Below, piece by piece: positions 51,012 to 61,082 of a stretch of DNA of 64,000 nt (positions are counted from its first letter, which is position 1; each line of letters starts with the position of its first letter). The notes beneath the pieces are model-generated. The model saw nothing but the letters and a program-made list of their open reading frames with translations. It had not been told where the DNA came from and did no database searches. Position numbers and translations under genes: made by a program. Where the stretch lies: contig JACPUC010000007.1 of the NCBI GenBank assembly GCA_016192455.1, positions 132,720 through 196,719 of the forward strand, written 5' to 3'. This DNA is from Candidatus Tectimicrobiota bacterium (GTDB lineage: Bacteria; JACPUC01).

Positions 51012-51998
51012 CTAGTTGACCTTGGCATGCCGGCTTACGAGCTTCCGCATGTCCATCTTTTTGTCAATAAACTTCAGCTCGTGCATGAAGTTTTGCATGC
51101 CCTCGAGCAGGTTCAATCGCACGCCTTTCCCCCAGCTCGTCAAGTTGATCTTCTGCGCCAGCGGGGCCTCGATCCGGGTGAATTTCGGCAGCACCGCGCG
51201 CGCCTCCGTCTCCTTCTGCTGCGTAAAGTCCACCCCCTTATCGTAGGCGCGGATGAAGCCCTTCACGATCTCGGGGTTCGCCTCGATCCATTTTTCCCGG
51301 CCGAAGTACACCGCGATGCTCCAGGTGCGATCGGTGTCCCCCGTCAAGTACCCCAGCACGCGGCCGATCTTGAGTTGATCTTTGTAGAGGGTGACGAAGG
51401 GTTCCACCTGGGCGATGGTGTCCACCTGCTTCTGTTTCAACGGCGCGGCCATGCGCGGGAAAGGCACCTCGAAGAGCTTCAGCTTCTTCCAATCGGCGCC
51501 GTTATCGATCATCCAGCCATAGGTCATCATGGTCATGATGGCGCCGGCATTCGCCGTTCCCAGGGTCTTGCCCTCGAGGTCCTTGGCCGTCTTGATCGGT
51601 GAATCCAGCGGCACCATTAACGCAGTCGCCTTCGAGGTGCGGGCCTGACCCACCGAGGCCTCGGCAATGACCTGGAAGTCAAACCCCTGGATGGCCCCGG
51701 CGATGACGTTGTTAGTGGAGAAAGCCCCCATCTGGGCGGAGTCGGAGGCCACCGCCGTGCCCTGGTTCACCCCGCCGCCGCCGGGGGTGTCCTTCAGGGT
51801 GATCTTGATGCCGGCCTCGGCGAAGTAGCCCTGGTCGATGGCAACGTACATCGGCAGGAAATCGCCGATCGGCAGGTAAGCCATGATGATCTCTTTCAGC
51901 GGTTGCTGGCTGAGGGCGGGCGTGCGACCGAGCAGGAGACCAACGCCGCCGAACAGAACAAGGACCATGCAAGCGAGTACACGACGCTGCGCTTTCAT
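51012..51998 (-). CDS. ABC substrate-binding protein (NMT1/SsuA-like) with signal peptide
   Basis: Signal peptide, PMYVAIDQGYFAEAGI, SPIKTAKDLEGKT, EPF, WIEANPE; GGAGG RBS. Confidence 0.9.
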   Translation of the reverse strand: MKAQRRVLACMVLVLFGGVGLLLGRTPALSQQPLKEIIMAYLPIGDFLPMYVAIDQGYFAEAGIKITLKDTPGGGGVNQGTAVASDSAQMGAFSTNNVIAGAIQGFDFQVIAEASVGQARTSKATALMVPLDSPIKTAKDLEGKTLGTANAGAIMTMMTYGWMIDNGADWKKLKLFEVPFPRMAAPLKQKQVDTIAQVEPFVTLYKDQLKIGRVLGYLTGDTDRTWSIAVYFGREKWIEANPEIVKGFIRAYDKGVDFTQQKETEARAVLPKFTRIEAPLAQKINLTSWGKGVRLNLLEGMQNFMHELKFIDKKMDMRKLVSRHAKVN

Positions 51999-52052
51999 CG
52001 GAGACCTCCTTCCCTGCCGAAGCTGTTGCTCCGGACCCTCTCCAGCGGCGAC

Positions 52053-52853
52053 TCAACCGGGCATCACGGGATGCTGCCGCTCACCACGGATCTTGGCATA
52101 GAGGTGGTGCCGGTACTCTATGAATTTCGTATTCTCACGCGTCGCCAGTTGATCGCGCGGTCGAGGCAAATCAATGGGGAGCTCGTCCACCACCACCGAG
52201 GGGTGGGTGCTGAGCACGATGACGGTATCGGAGAGGTAAATCGATTCATCAATATCGTGGGTCACAAAGAGGACGGTCTTGTCAAAGCGCCGCCAGACAT
52301 CCAGCAGCAAATCCTCAAGGTCTTCCCGGGTTTGGGCGTCGACGGAGGCGAACGGTTCGTCCATAAGCAGAATCTCGCACTGGTAAGCGAGGGCGCGGGC
52401 GATGGCGGCGCGCTGCTGTTGCCCGCCGGAGAGCTGCCAGGGGTACTGCTGCTCGAATCCCTTCAACCCCACGCTGGCAATGGCTTGCATGGCGATCTCG
52501 TGCTTCTCCGCCTTCGTCAGCCGCGGCTTTTCCTCCACCCCGAGCAGGGTATTCTTCAAGAGAGTGCGCCAGGGCAGCAACGAGCGGTTGTAGTCCTGAA
52601 AGACGAGCACCATCTCCGGCGGGGGGCTGGCCACCTCGTTGCCGTTCAGCAGCACCCGGCCCGTCGTCGGCCTGAGAAGTCCGCAGACGCATTTCAACAA
52701 GGTCGTCTTGCCGCATCCAGACGGACCGACGATGGACACGAACCGCCGGCGCTCAATAACGAAGGCGACCTCCTTGAGGGCGACGACGGCGCGGCCGGAA
52801 AAGGGCTCGTACTGCTTCGAGAGCCGATCCACGGTCAGCATGGTCCCTACCAT
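52053..52853 (-). CDS. ABC ATPase (SsuB/TauB type)
   Basis: [49 protein letters not shown]. Confidence 0.95.
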   Translation of the reverse strand: MVGTMLTVDRLSKQYEPFSGRAVVALKEVAFVIERRRFVSIVGPSGCGKTTLLKCVCGLLRPTTGRVLLNGNEVASPPPEMVLVFQDYNRSLLPWRTLLKNTLLGVEEKPRLTKAEKHEIAMQAIASVGLKGFEQQYPWQLSGGQQQRAAIARALAYQCEILLMDEPFASVDAQTREDLEDLLLDVWRRFDKTVLFVTHDIDESIYLSDTVIVLSTHPSVVVDELPIDLPRPRDQLATRENTKFIEYRHHLYAKIRGERQHPVMPG

Positions 52854-52919
52854 TTCGCGTCGCCCGGGTCGGCCGCGCCGCCAGCGGCGCGCGGGGTTGG
52901 GGTTGGCGCTGGGCAAGCG

Positions 52920-54707
52920 TCACGCCGCGGCGGGCTGGTCTCGCCCGCCCAGGTGGCGACGGCGCGCCCTGGTTGCTTCCTCATCCACCTCGAGCGTGCC
53001 ATCCCGCAGCACCACGCCGTAGTCATCGCGGGCCTGCTCGCGGGAGACATAGCCATCCAACACATCGCGGCGCACGCTCTCGACGTCGCGCTCCCAGGCC
53101 GGCCCATAGCCGCCGCCGCCAGGCGAGGAGAGGGTGACGACATGCTGCGGCTGCAAGGGATAGTTGACGAGCTTCAGCGCCAGCTCTTCTTCGGCGGCTT
53201 CGGGATGGCGGCGCAAGGTGACGCGGTTCACCTTCCCTTCCCCGCCTCCCGCCAACCCCCAAGGCGGCGCCTGGACGCGCTCGTACTGCCCCATGTACTC
53301 GCACGGAGCCAAGGCTTCCGTGGCCCGCACCACGCCGAGACCGCCGCGAAACCTGCCGGGTCCGCCGGAGTCCTGGCGCAGGCGGAACTCGCGCACGCGC
53401 ACCGGGTAGGTGGTCTCCTCCGTCTCCACCGGCAGGTTGTGCACATCCCCCTGATTGAGGGAGACCACCGCATTCATGCCGTCGTGCTTGGAGGTCGCGC
53501 CCCAGCCGCCGATCTCCGGGTCCATGATGTGGAACCGGCGTCCGCTGCGCGGGTTCACCCCCATGAACATCGCCCCCGAGATGTTCGCGTAATGCCCGGC
53601 GGTCACCTGCTCGGGGATGGCTGGGTGCAGGGCTTTGAGGATGAGATCGATGACCGAGACGATCGGCATCATCCACCAGCCCATGGCGGCATTCTCGTCG
53701 GCGCTGAGGATCGTGCCCTCCGGCGCCACCACCTTGAGGTTGCGAAAACAGCCGTCGTTCGCCGGCAACATGGGACAGGTGAGGCACTTGAACGCCACCC
53801 GCGCGGCTCCCACCGCCCCCCGGGAGTTATACGGCCCGCTCACCTGGCGCGGCATCTCGGAGAAGTCGACGGTCATCTCGCTGCCCTCGACGATGACGCG
53901 CACCTTCAGCGGGATCGGCTGCCGGAGGTTGACTCCATCATTGTCCAGGAAAGTTTCGGCCATGAAGATGCCATCAGGGATGGCTTCGACGGCGCGCCGG
54001 GTCAGCAGCTCGGCCTCATCCCAGATGCGCTGGATGCACGCGAAGACCGTCTCCTTGCCGTATCTCGCCACCAGCTCGGTGAACCGTTTCTCACCCAGGC
54101 GGCAGGCGGAGATTTGCGCCCGCATGTCCCCCAGGATGAGATCAGGGAAGCGCACGTTGTGCCGGATGATGCGCACGATATCCTGATCGGGGAGACCGCG
54201 TCGATAGACCTTGACCGAGCGGAGCTGCAGCCCCTCCTCGAAGATCTCGCGGCTGTCATGGGCTAGGGAGCCGCTCACCTTGCCCCCCACGTCGATCCAA
54301 TGGGCGCGGACCGCGGGGAACGCCAGCAGCTCGCCGGCCACGAAGATCGGTGAGTGCGCCACGACGTTGTTGAGGTGCTGTCCGTTCACTCCCGAGTAGT
54401 TCGAGAGGAGGACGTCGCCCGGTTCGAGCCCCTCAGGCCCGTGGAGGGCCAGGCTATCCGCGATTGGCGGCCCAAGGTCGGCGAGGAATACCGGCAGGCC
54501 GGCGAGGGTCTGCGCGATGGAGCGCGCCCGCGCGTCCACGAAGCCGACCCCGAAGTCCTTGATCTCAGAGATGATGGGGCTATAGGAGGTGCGGGTCAGA
54601 TTGCTCGTCATCTCATTGACAATGGCGATGAGAGCGTTGCGGACCACCTCCAGCGTCACCGGATTGACCGCCAGCTCCTGGATTGCCGCCTGTGGCGCGC
54701 TCATCAC
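52920..54707 (-). CDS. Hydantoinase B / 5-oxoprolinase beta-type subunit
   Basis: RTSYSPIISE..DF, HLNN, RAHWIDVGG, EIFEEGL, DSGGPGRFRGGLG, PPWGLAGG, PGGGGYG. Confidence 0.95.
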   Translation of the reverse strand: MMSAPQAAIQELAVNPVTLEVVRNALIAIVNEMTSNLTRTSYSPIISEIKDFGVGFVDARARSIAQTLAGLPVFLADLGPPIADSLALHGPEGLEPGDVLLSNYSGVNGQHLNNVVAHSPIFVAGELLAFPAVRAHWIDVGGKVSGSLAHDSREIFEEGLQLRSVKVYRRGLPDQDIVRIIRHNVRFPDLILGDMRAQISACRLGEKRFTELVARYGKETVFACIQRIWDEAELLTRRAVEAIPDGIFMAETFLDNDGVNLRQPIPLKVRVIVEGSEMTVDFSEMPRQVSGPYNSRGAVGAARVAFKCLTCPMLPANDGCFRNLKVVAPEGTILSADENAAMGWWMMPIVSVIDLILKALHPAIPEQVTAGHYANISGAMFMGVNPRSGRRFHIMDPEIGGWGATSKHDGMNAVVSLNQGDVHNLPVETEETTYPVRVREFRLRQDSGGPGRFRGGLGVVRATEALAPCEYMGQYERVQAPPWGLAGGGEGKVNRVTLRRHPEAAEEELALKLVNYPLQPQHVVTLSSPGGGGYGPAWERDVESVRRDVLDGYVSREQARDDYGVVLRDGTLEVDEEATRARRRHLGGRDQPAAA

Positions 54708-56785
54708 GCCGCTCCCTCCACGTGCACCACGATGTACCCGAACTCATTCACTTCCGCGGCATCGCCGGGGCCGAGGACCAGTGTCGAAGCGTATTCCTCG
54801 ACAATGGCCGGCCCCGTAAAGCGATCACCGCCAAGAAGGCTGCGCCGGTCGTAGATCGGGCATTCCACGAATCCCAGCCCCGGATAGTAGACGAACCGCC
54901 GGGCGGCCTTGATCGGCGCCGCGGCGGCGGGGCCGCCGCGTCCCGGCAACTTGGCAAAGGCAGGCTTCTGGCCCTTGCCAAGCGCAATCACCCGTGCATT
55001 CACCACCTCGACCGGCACCTCGCTGAAGGAATGACCGTAGCGCACCTCGTAGAGCCGATCAAACTCGGCGCGCGTGCGGTCGCGATGCTCAGGAGTGATG
55101 GTGTCGCCGCCGAGGGGGGTGGTCACGGCGTATTCCTGCCCGACGTAGCGCAGGTCAAGGAAGGCGGCGCAGGCGATGTTCTTCGGCGCGACCCCCTCGG
55201 CGCGGAGCCAATTCCGCCCCTCCTCCTTCAGCTCCGTGAGAAGCGCGTTCAGGTCCTGGAACGCGTCCCCCGAGAACGGCCGCACGCAGGTGCGCACGAA
55301 ATCGCGGCGCAAATCCGTGAGCACCATGCCGAGAGCGGAGAAGTGAGCCGGCATGGTGGGAATGATGACGCGCGGAATGGCCAGCTCGCGGGCGAGGGAG
55401 AGGGCGTGCATGGGACCGGCCCCGCCAAAGACCATCAAGGCGAAATCGCGCGGATCATAGCCCTTCTCGATGGTGATGGCGCGGACGGCCAGCGACATGT
55501 TCGACTCGGCGATGGTGAGGATGCCGGCGGCGGCCTCCTCCACCTCCAGCCCGAACGGCGCCGCGATGCGCTCCCGGATCGCGGCCTTGGCTTGCGCCGC
55601 CTCGAGCGGCATCTCGCCGCCCAAGAAGCGCGCGGCATCCACTCTTCCCAACGCGACGTTCGCGTCGGTGACCGTGGGTTCGCCGCCCCCCTTGCCGTAG
55701 CAGACAGGCCCCGGCTCGGCGCCGGCGCTGCGCGGCCCCACCTTCAGCGCGCCGGTTTCGTCAATCCAGGCGATGCTGCCGCCGCCGGTGCCCACCTCCA
55801 CGACTTCAATGACGGGCAGTTGCAGGGGATAGCCATCGGCGTAGCCGCCGAGGTAGTAGATCGGCGTCGTCTTCGGGATGCCGTGCTCAATGAGCGACGC
55901 CTTGGCGGTCGTCCCTCCCATGTCGAAGGCGATCAAGAACGGCTCATCGAGCTGGGTGCTGAGGTAGGCGGCCCCGATGACCCCCGCGACCGGCCCCGAC
56001 TCCACCATGCTCACCGGGAAGCGGCGCGCCGCATCCGAAGTCATCACCCCGCCGTTCGACTGCATGATGAGGAAGCTGCCGCGAAACCCCAGGCTGCCGT
56101 TCATCGCCTCCAGCCGGGCCACGTAGCGCTCCACGCGCGGCCCGACGTAGGCGTTCATGACCGTCGTGGAGGTGCGCTCGAACTCGCGCCATTCCCTGAC
56201 GATGTCACTCGACTCGCAGATGTACACCCCAGGCAAGGCGGCGCTCAGCGCGGCGCGCACCTGCTCCTCATGGCGCGGGTTGGCATAGGCGTGCAGCAGG
56301 CAGACGGCCACCGCCTCCAGACCATGCCGGCGGGCTGCATCGATCACCGCTTCGACGCTCTCCTCGGTCAGCGGCACAAGGACCTCCCCATCGGGAGTCA
56401 TCCGCTCCTCGACCTCGAAGCGCAGGTGCCGAGGCACCAGCGGCGTGGGCTTCTGATAGAAGAGGTTGTAGTTCTGGGGGCGATTGGCGCGACCGATTTC
56501 CAGGACGTCGCGGAAGCCGGCGGTGGTCACCAGGCCCGTCTTCGCGCCGGTCTTCTCGATGACCGTGTTGATGACCTGGGTGGTGCCATGGAAAAACGTC
56601 GCTACCTCGGTTAACGGGACGCCCGACTTCACCAGGCAGCTCCGGATGCCCTCGGTCAGATCGTTCGGCGTACTCGAAGACTTGCTGAGCGTGATCTGAC
56701 CATCCTCGAGGTTGAACGCGACGAGGTCCGTAAAGGTGCCGCCGATGTCAACCCCGAGAAGGCAGCGCGGAGCAGGTGCCGGCAT
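54704..56785 (-). CDS. Hydantoinase A / 5-oxoprolinase ATP-binding subunit
   Basis: GVDIGGTFTD, HGTT, REFERTSTT..NAY, DMGGTT, VGPRSAGAEPGPVCYG.GG.EPTVTDAN, FGGAGPMH. Confidence 0.96.
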   Translation of the reverse strand: MPAPAPRCLLGVDIGGTFTDLVAFNLEDGQITLSKSSSTPNDLTEGIRSCLVKSGVPLTEVATFFHGTTQVINTVIEKTGAKTGLVTTAGFRDVLEIGRANRPQNYNLFYQKPTPLVPRHLRFEVEERMTPDGEVLVPLTEESVEAVIDAARRHGLEAVAVCLLHAYANPRHEEQVRAALSAALPGVYICESSDIVREWREFERTSTTVMNAYVGPRVERYVARLEAMNGSLGFRGSFLIMQSNGGVMTSDAARRFPVSMVESGPVAGVIGAAYLSTQLDEPFLIAFDMGGTTAKASLIEHGIPKTTPIYYLGGYADGYPLQLPVIEVVEVGTGGGSIAWIDETGALKVGPRSAGAEPGPVCYGKGGGEPTVTDANVALGRVDAARFLGGEMPLEAAQAKAAIRERIAAPFGLEVEEAAAGILTIAESNMSLAVRAITIEKGYDPRDFALMVFGGAGPMHALSLARELAIPRVIIPTMPAHFSALGMVLTDLRRDFVRTCVRPFSGDAFQDLNALLTELKEEGRNWLRAEGVAPKNIACAAFLDLRYVGQEYAVTTPLGGDTITPEHRDRTRAEFDRLYEVRYGHSFSEVPVEVVNARVIALGKGQKPAFAKLPGRGGPAAAAPIKAARRFVYYPGLGFVECPIYDRRSLLGGDRFTGPAIVEEYASTLVLGPGDAAEVNEFGYIVVHVEGAA

Positions 56786-57242
56786 GGGTTCTCCCCAGGC
56801 ATGCGCAGACGCTACCAGGTCCTCGGCAGGCGACCCCACGGCGGCTGCTGAGCGCCTCCGGCGGGGGACCTCGCCACCGTCAACGTCATCACCTCCAGCC
56901 GCCGCGCGTCATGCTCCGCCGACGCGGCGCCGCCAGGCCATGGGTTCATCAGCAGCCATCGGCAGAGGATGACGGTGATCATTCTACATCGTGGTCCAAC
57001 GTTGGGCAACGCTAGGCCGCCGGCGGTGGACCGGCGGACAGCCGAGGCGGTCTGCTCCTGCGGCGTGCAACCAGGCACTGCGTCTACTTGCTGAGCAAGT
57101 CGATGCGGCACGCCGACAGGGGGGGAACAAAGCCGTCACTGGATGCCATGGGAGGACATGCCGGCTCCCCGCGGAGGCAAGATGGAGGGGCGGTGACGCG
57201 GGTCGCCCAGCGGGGTCGGCGCGGGCTGGCTTGAGGCCCTGG

Positions 57243-57920
57243 TCACAGGTGCGAGCGGAGGAACGCCAGCGTCTTCTCCCAGGCGTCCTTCGCCGAGGCT
57301 GGGTGGTAGCGGCGTGGACTGGTGTCATTAAAGAAGCCGTGCATGGCGCCGGGATAGATGTGGAAGGTGGCCTTCTTGCCGTGCGTACGCAAAGCACTCT
57401 TCAGGGACTCCACGGTAGCCAGGGGGATGTACTCGTCGTTTTCGGCGAAGAGGCCCAGGACGGGGGCTTGAAGGCCGGCGAGATCAGGCTGCACCTTGGG
57501 GTGAAAACCGTAGAAATCAACGCAGGCTCGAATGCCGGCGTTGGCGCAGGCGGCGAAAAGGGCAAGCTGCCCCCCCATGCAGAAACCGAGGATACCGACT
57601 CTCGCGGAGGCGACGGCTTCGTGATCCAGCAGGAACTGCACCGCGCCGCGCAGGTCCTTCTCAGTCTGGGCGATGTTGAGGGCCATCATCAAGCGTTCCG
57701 CGTCGTCCGGCTCGGAGGTCCTCTTGCCGCGATAGAGGTCGGGCGCCAGGCCCACGAATCCCTCGCCGGCGAGACGATCGGTCACCCCCTTAATATGGTC
57801 GACAAGCCCCCACCAGCCTTGGATGACAATGACCGCCGGGGCGGGCAGGCTCGCCGGCAAACTCAGATAGCCGTCGCACGTTCGGCCGTTCGCCCGAAAG
57901 GTAATCAGCGCTCCGCGCAT
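57243..57920 (-). CDS. Dienelactone hydrolase family protein
   Basis: GFCMGG nucleophile motif, APDLY, YPGAMHGFFND, AWEKTLAF. Confidence 0.93.
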   Translation of the reverse strand: MRGALITFRANGRTCDGYLSLPASLPAPAVIVIQGWWGLVDHIKGVTDRLAGEGFVGLAPDLYRGKRTSEPDDAERLMMALNIAQTEKDLRGAVQFLLDHEAVASARVGILGFCMGGQLALFAACANAGIRACVDFYGFHPKVQPDLAGLQAPVLGLFAENDEYIPLATVESLKSALRTHGKKATFHIYPGAMHGFFNDTSPRRYHPASAKDAWEKTLAFLRSHL

Positions 57921-58037
57921 CGTCAGTCCTCCCTGAGAATCACCTTAGTCACAAAAATGTGAGGTACGCCGCGGCTTGTCGCACCGCCCTGGCTGCCGCC
58001 GAGGCGCTCTGAAGAGTGCGCCGCGAGGCCATTCCCC

Positions 58038-58066
58038 TTGTTTCTCCTCAGGCCGCTCGTTATCAT
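58038..58066 (+). promoter_or_regulatory. Putative sigma70 promoter of selD
   Basis: TTGTTT-N17-TATCAT. Confidence 0.4.
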
Positions 58067-58169
58067 TGACGGGGCGCGAGAGAATCGAGGTGAGCTAAAC
58101 GAGAGGCGTACGCAGCTCCGGCGGCTCGCAACATCATACACGCGACCAGAGGATGAGCAGGAACGATCC

Positions 58170-59213
58170 ATGGCAACGTCTTCCGTTAAGCTGACGAGTA
58201 CCGTGAAGGTGGCTGGCTGAGCGGCGAAGCTGGGTCCGGGGGACCTTGAAGAAGCCGTCCGCGGCCTGCCAAGGCGCGATGATCCGAATCTCCTCGTGGG
58301 ACTGGAGTTCTCCGACGATGCGGGAGTCTACCGCCTGCGCGACGACCTGGCTATTGTGCAAACGGTCGATTTCATCACCCCGATCGTCGATGACCCTTAC
58401 ACCTTCGGCCAGATTGCCGCAACCAACGCCATTAGTGACATTTACGCGATGGGGGGCAGGCCGGTCACGGCGATGAACGTGGTGGCCTTTCCTGCCGGGA
58501 AACTCGACATCGAGGTGCTGCGGGACGTCCTGCGTGGGGGTGCGGAGAAGATCCACGAAGCCGATGCCGTCTTGGTGGGGGGGCATACGATCACGGATGA
58601 GGAGTTCAAGTACGGTCTCTCGGTGACCGGTGTCGTGCACCCGCAGAAGATTCTGAGAAACGGCGGGGCGCAGGTGGGCGATCTGCTGATCCTCACCAAG
58701 GCGGTCGGCACGGGTATCGTGAACACCGGCGTGAAGCGCGGCGCCGCCACGGACGAGGCGGTCCAGGATGCGATCACGAGCATGTGCGAGCTGAACCGTT
58801 ACGCCGCCGAGGTGATGAGCGAGTTTCCCGTGCACGCCTGCACGGACATCACCGGCTTCGGTCTGCTCGGCCATGCCAAGGAGATGGCGGTGGCCAGCGA
58901 AGCCGGGCTGATCATCAACGCCGATCGGGTGCCCCTCCTTACGGGAGCCCTTGAGTTGGCGCGGCAGAAGATGATCCCCGGCGGGTCCCTTCGGAATCGG
59001 GACTACCTGGCGCGCTACGTGGAGGTCAGCGCGCGGGTTCCCGAAGCCCAGGCGATGCTCCTCTTCGATGCCCAAACCTCCGGCGGCTTGCTCATCTCCC
59101 TCTCCGCCACCCTGGCGGATGAACTGCTGGCCGGGTTGCATGCCCGTGGCATCAAGTCCGCCGCCATCATCGGCGAGGTGACGGGGGCGCCCGTCAAGGT
59201 GAGGGTGCGCTAA
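58170..59213 (+). CDS. selD: Selenide, water dikinase (selenophosphate synthetase), selenocysteine-containing
   Basis: MATSSVKLTSTVKVAG-[TGA 58218-58220]-AAKLGPGDL continues in frame into DDAGVY, QTVDFITPIVDDPYTFGQIAATNAISDIYAMGG, GGHT, TDITGFGLLGH, DAQTSGGLL. Confidence 0.95.
58233..58245 (+). promoter_or_regulatory. Candidate bacterial SECIS upper stem-loop
   Basis: GGTCC-GGG-GGACC hairpin with a G-rich loop starting ~17 nt after the UGA. Confidence 0.5.
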
Positions 59214-59242
59214 GGTTGGGAAAGCACCCGCCGAGGCGGAGT

Positions 59243-59267
59243 AAAGCCGGAGACGCTCTCCGGCTTT
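59243..59267. terminator. Hairpin between convergent selD and lipoate-ligase genes (possible bidirectional terminator)
   Basis: Perfect 11-bp inverted repeat AAAGCCGGAGA-CGC-TCTCCGGCTTT. Confidence 0.55.
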
Positions 59268-59561
59268 GCCATGTCACACGACCTGCCCTTCCACCGCCAA
59301 CGCTGGGGCCGTCGCGCGGCGGGGGGCGCCGCGGCCCTTGCGGCATGCCGGACGCATGCGCCGCGGCCCGCGCTGCGAGACTGGACCGGCGAGCACCCGC
59401 AGTCCTTCGTCTCTCCGCCAACTCGAGAAACAACCGCCTCGCCGCGGCAATACTTCACTCCGCGGGGAAGAAAGGCCTCCGCTTCGAGGCTCCCCGCGAG
59501 GTCTCCGCATGCTGTCGCCCGTCGCGCCGCAAGGTGGCCTGCCCGCGACTCGAACAGGCGG

Positions 59562-60686
59562 TTAGTGCTCCATGCGTTGCGGGCTCGACGCCAGGCGCTG
59601 CTCGGCGGCGGCCCGCATGATCGTATCCGGGATCACACGGCGCGTGCCGAGGCCGAGGATGAAGTGGTTCGGTCTGCTGAAGATGCGATCGGTGATCGTG
59701 CCGATGGCTTTCCAATCAACGGGGCAGAGCCGCAGCTCGCGGCTGAGGGCTTCAATGGCGTGCGCGCTGGCAAGGAAATCGCCGCTGAACTTCACCTCCT
59801 TGAGGAATCGCTGGTTGTGCAGGGTGACGCAGGCCTCGAAGGCGCCGAATTGAATAGGAGTCGTGGCGCTGCCGAATGGCTGCTCACTCATCGCGCTGGA
59901 AGCAAGCCAGGCAGGTTCCTGGAACGTGCTCGTGCGCATCACCTCGAGGTAGGAGTGCTCCAGGTGATTGAACTCTCGTTCCTGGACCTGCATGGCGTAG
60001 TGCTCGGCGTAGCCGTGGACGATCGCCGCCACCAGCTCATCCCGCGGGATGGCGCGTCCCACCGCCTCCTCCAGCGTGCAGCACTCCGTCTCCTGCGGGA
60101 GGTCTTCCCGCCCGGCGGGATCAACTCCAGCCTCCGCCAGCCAGGCGGCCGCCACGGCGAACGACTGGCGCCAGGCCAGGACGCACTCGAGGAGAACCGC
60201 GCCCGCTTCATCCACCTCGAAGGAGACCCAGCCCACCTTCTTGCTCTGCGCGGTAAGAAAATCTCGCCCCGGGTAGAAGGAGCGCGCACCAAGCCGATTC
60301 AGCCCCTTGAGGATACCGCGCACGTAACGGTTGATTACCTTTTCGGGCGGCAGGGGCTTGGGAAAGCTGTTGGGAAGCATCTCTACGGCGCGCGGCATGA
60401 CGAAGGAGACGTGCAGGAATTCCTCGCCACCGGGGATAAGCCGGCCGCCGGTGAGGCGTCGCTGCGCCTCCACCGTAGCCGCGCCGGCCTGGCGCTCGAA
60501 GAACGGCGCCGGCAGGCGCTGGTAACGACCGAAGCGTAGGCTGGGGCCCGCCATGGTCGAGCAGCGCAGAACCGGCTCGCGCGACCTCGCCGCCTTCTGC
60601 GTGGCATGCATCAGATAGCGGTCGATCGCGAGACTCTGGGCCGCCGTCTGCTCAAGGAAGGGAACGACCTGGAGGATGAGCGTCAT
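59562..60686 (-). CDS. Divergent lipoate-protein ligase (LplA-like, with C-terminal domain)
   Basis: SLAIDRYL, PSLRFGRYQ, RRLTGG, GLNRLG, D...KKVG, C-terminal EVKFSGDFLA. Confidence 0.8.
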   Translation of the reverse strand: MTLILQVVPFLEQTAAQSLAIDRYLMHATQKAARSREPVLRCSTMAGPSLRFGRYQRLPAPFFERQAGAATVEAQRRLTGGRLIPGGEEFLHVSFVMPRAVEMLPNSFPKPLPPEKVINRYVRGILKGLNRLGARSFYPGRDFLTAQSKKVGWVSFEVDEAGAVLLECVLAWRQSFAVAAAWLAEAGVDPAGREDLPQETECCTLEEAVGRAIPRDELVAAIVHGYAEHYAMQVQEREFNHLEHSYLEVMRTSTFQEPAWLASSAMSEQPFGSATTPIQFGAFEACVTLHNQRFLKEVKFSGDFLASAHAIEALSRELRLCPVDWKAIGTITDRIFSRPNHFILGLGTRRVIPDTIMRAAAEQRLASSPQRMEH

Positions 60687-60934
60687 CTTCTCTCCCTGCA
60701 CGGGAAGAACTCCGCACCACACCCTTGGACAGGAACAGCTCGCAGGCTCTTGTACCAGCTCCCTGGCGCCCCCCACCCTCATCAGGTGCGCTGCTGCCGG
60801 GGTAGAGCTTCCTCCTTGGCCCCGTCGCCCCTCCGCAAGCAGCTCATGCGGGCCGCCCGCATCGCGGCCCCGGTCAGGGAGTTCACCGGCGGGCGCAGCC
60901 GCACCAGCGCTCCTCCTCTTTCAAGCCCCCCGCG

Positions 60935-60963
60935 TTGCGCGCTCCTTCACCTGACAGTATAAT
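60935..60963 (+). promoter_or_regulatory. sigma70 promoter of the YhhQ-like gene
   Basis: TTGCGC-N17-TATAAT. Confidence 0.55.
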
Positions 60964-61082
60964 GGCTGACGATGCGCTGTCGAGCGCGCAGTGACGCCTT
61001 GCCAACCCCATGCTCCGGGTGGCTCACCTTCCTCGCGCCAGCAGGCGCGAAGCGCCGCAATTCCCGCCGGACGATTGATCCC

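Noticed and set aside
51903-56614. Long plus-strand ORFs (787 aa and 643 aa)
   Set aside because: Antisense shadows of the ABC ATPase and hydantoinase A/B genes.
58296-59213. 305-aa SelD starting at 58296
   Set aside because: Lacks the catalytic N-terminus; the true start is 58170 with UGA read as Sec.
45561-59213. Selenium-dependent molybdenum hydroxylase system (XDH subunit plus selD)
   Set aside because: The genes are 10 kb apart with unrelated genes between, and no yqeB/yqeC-like accessory genes were seen.
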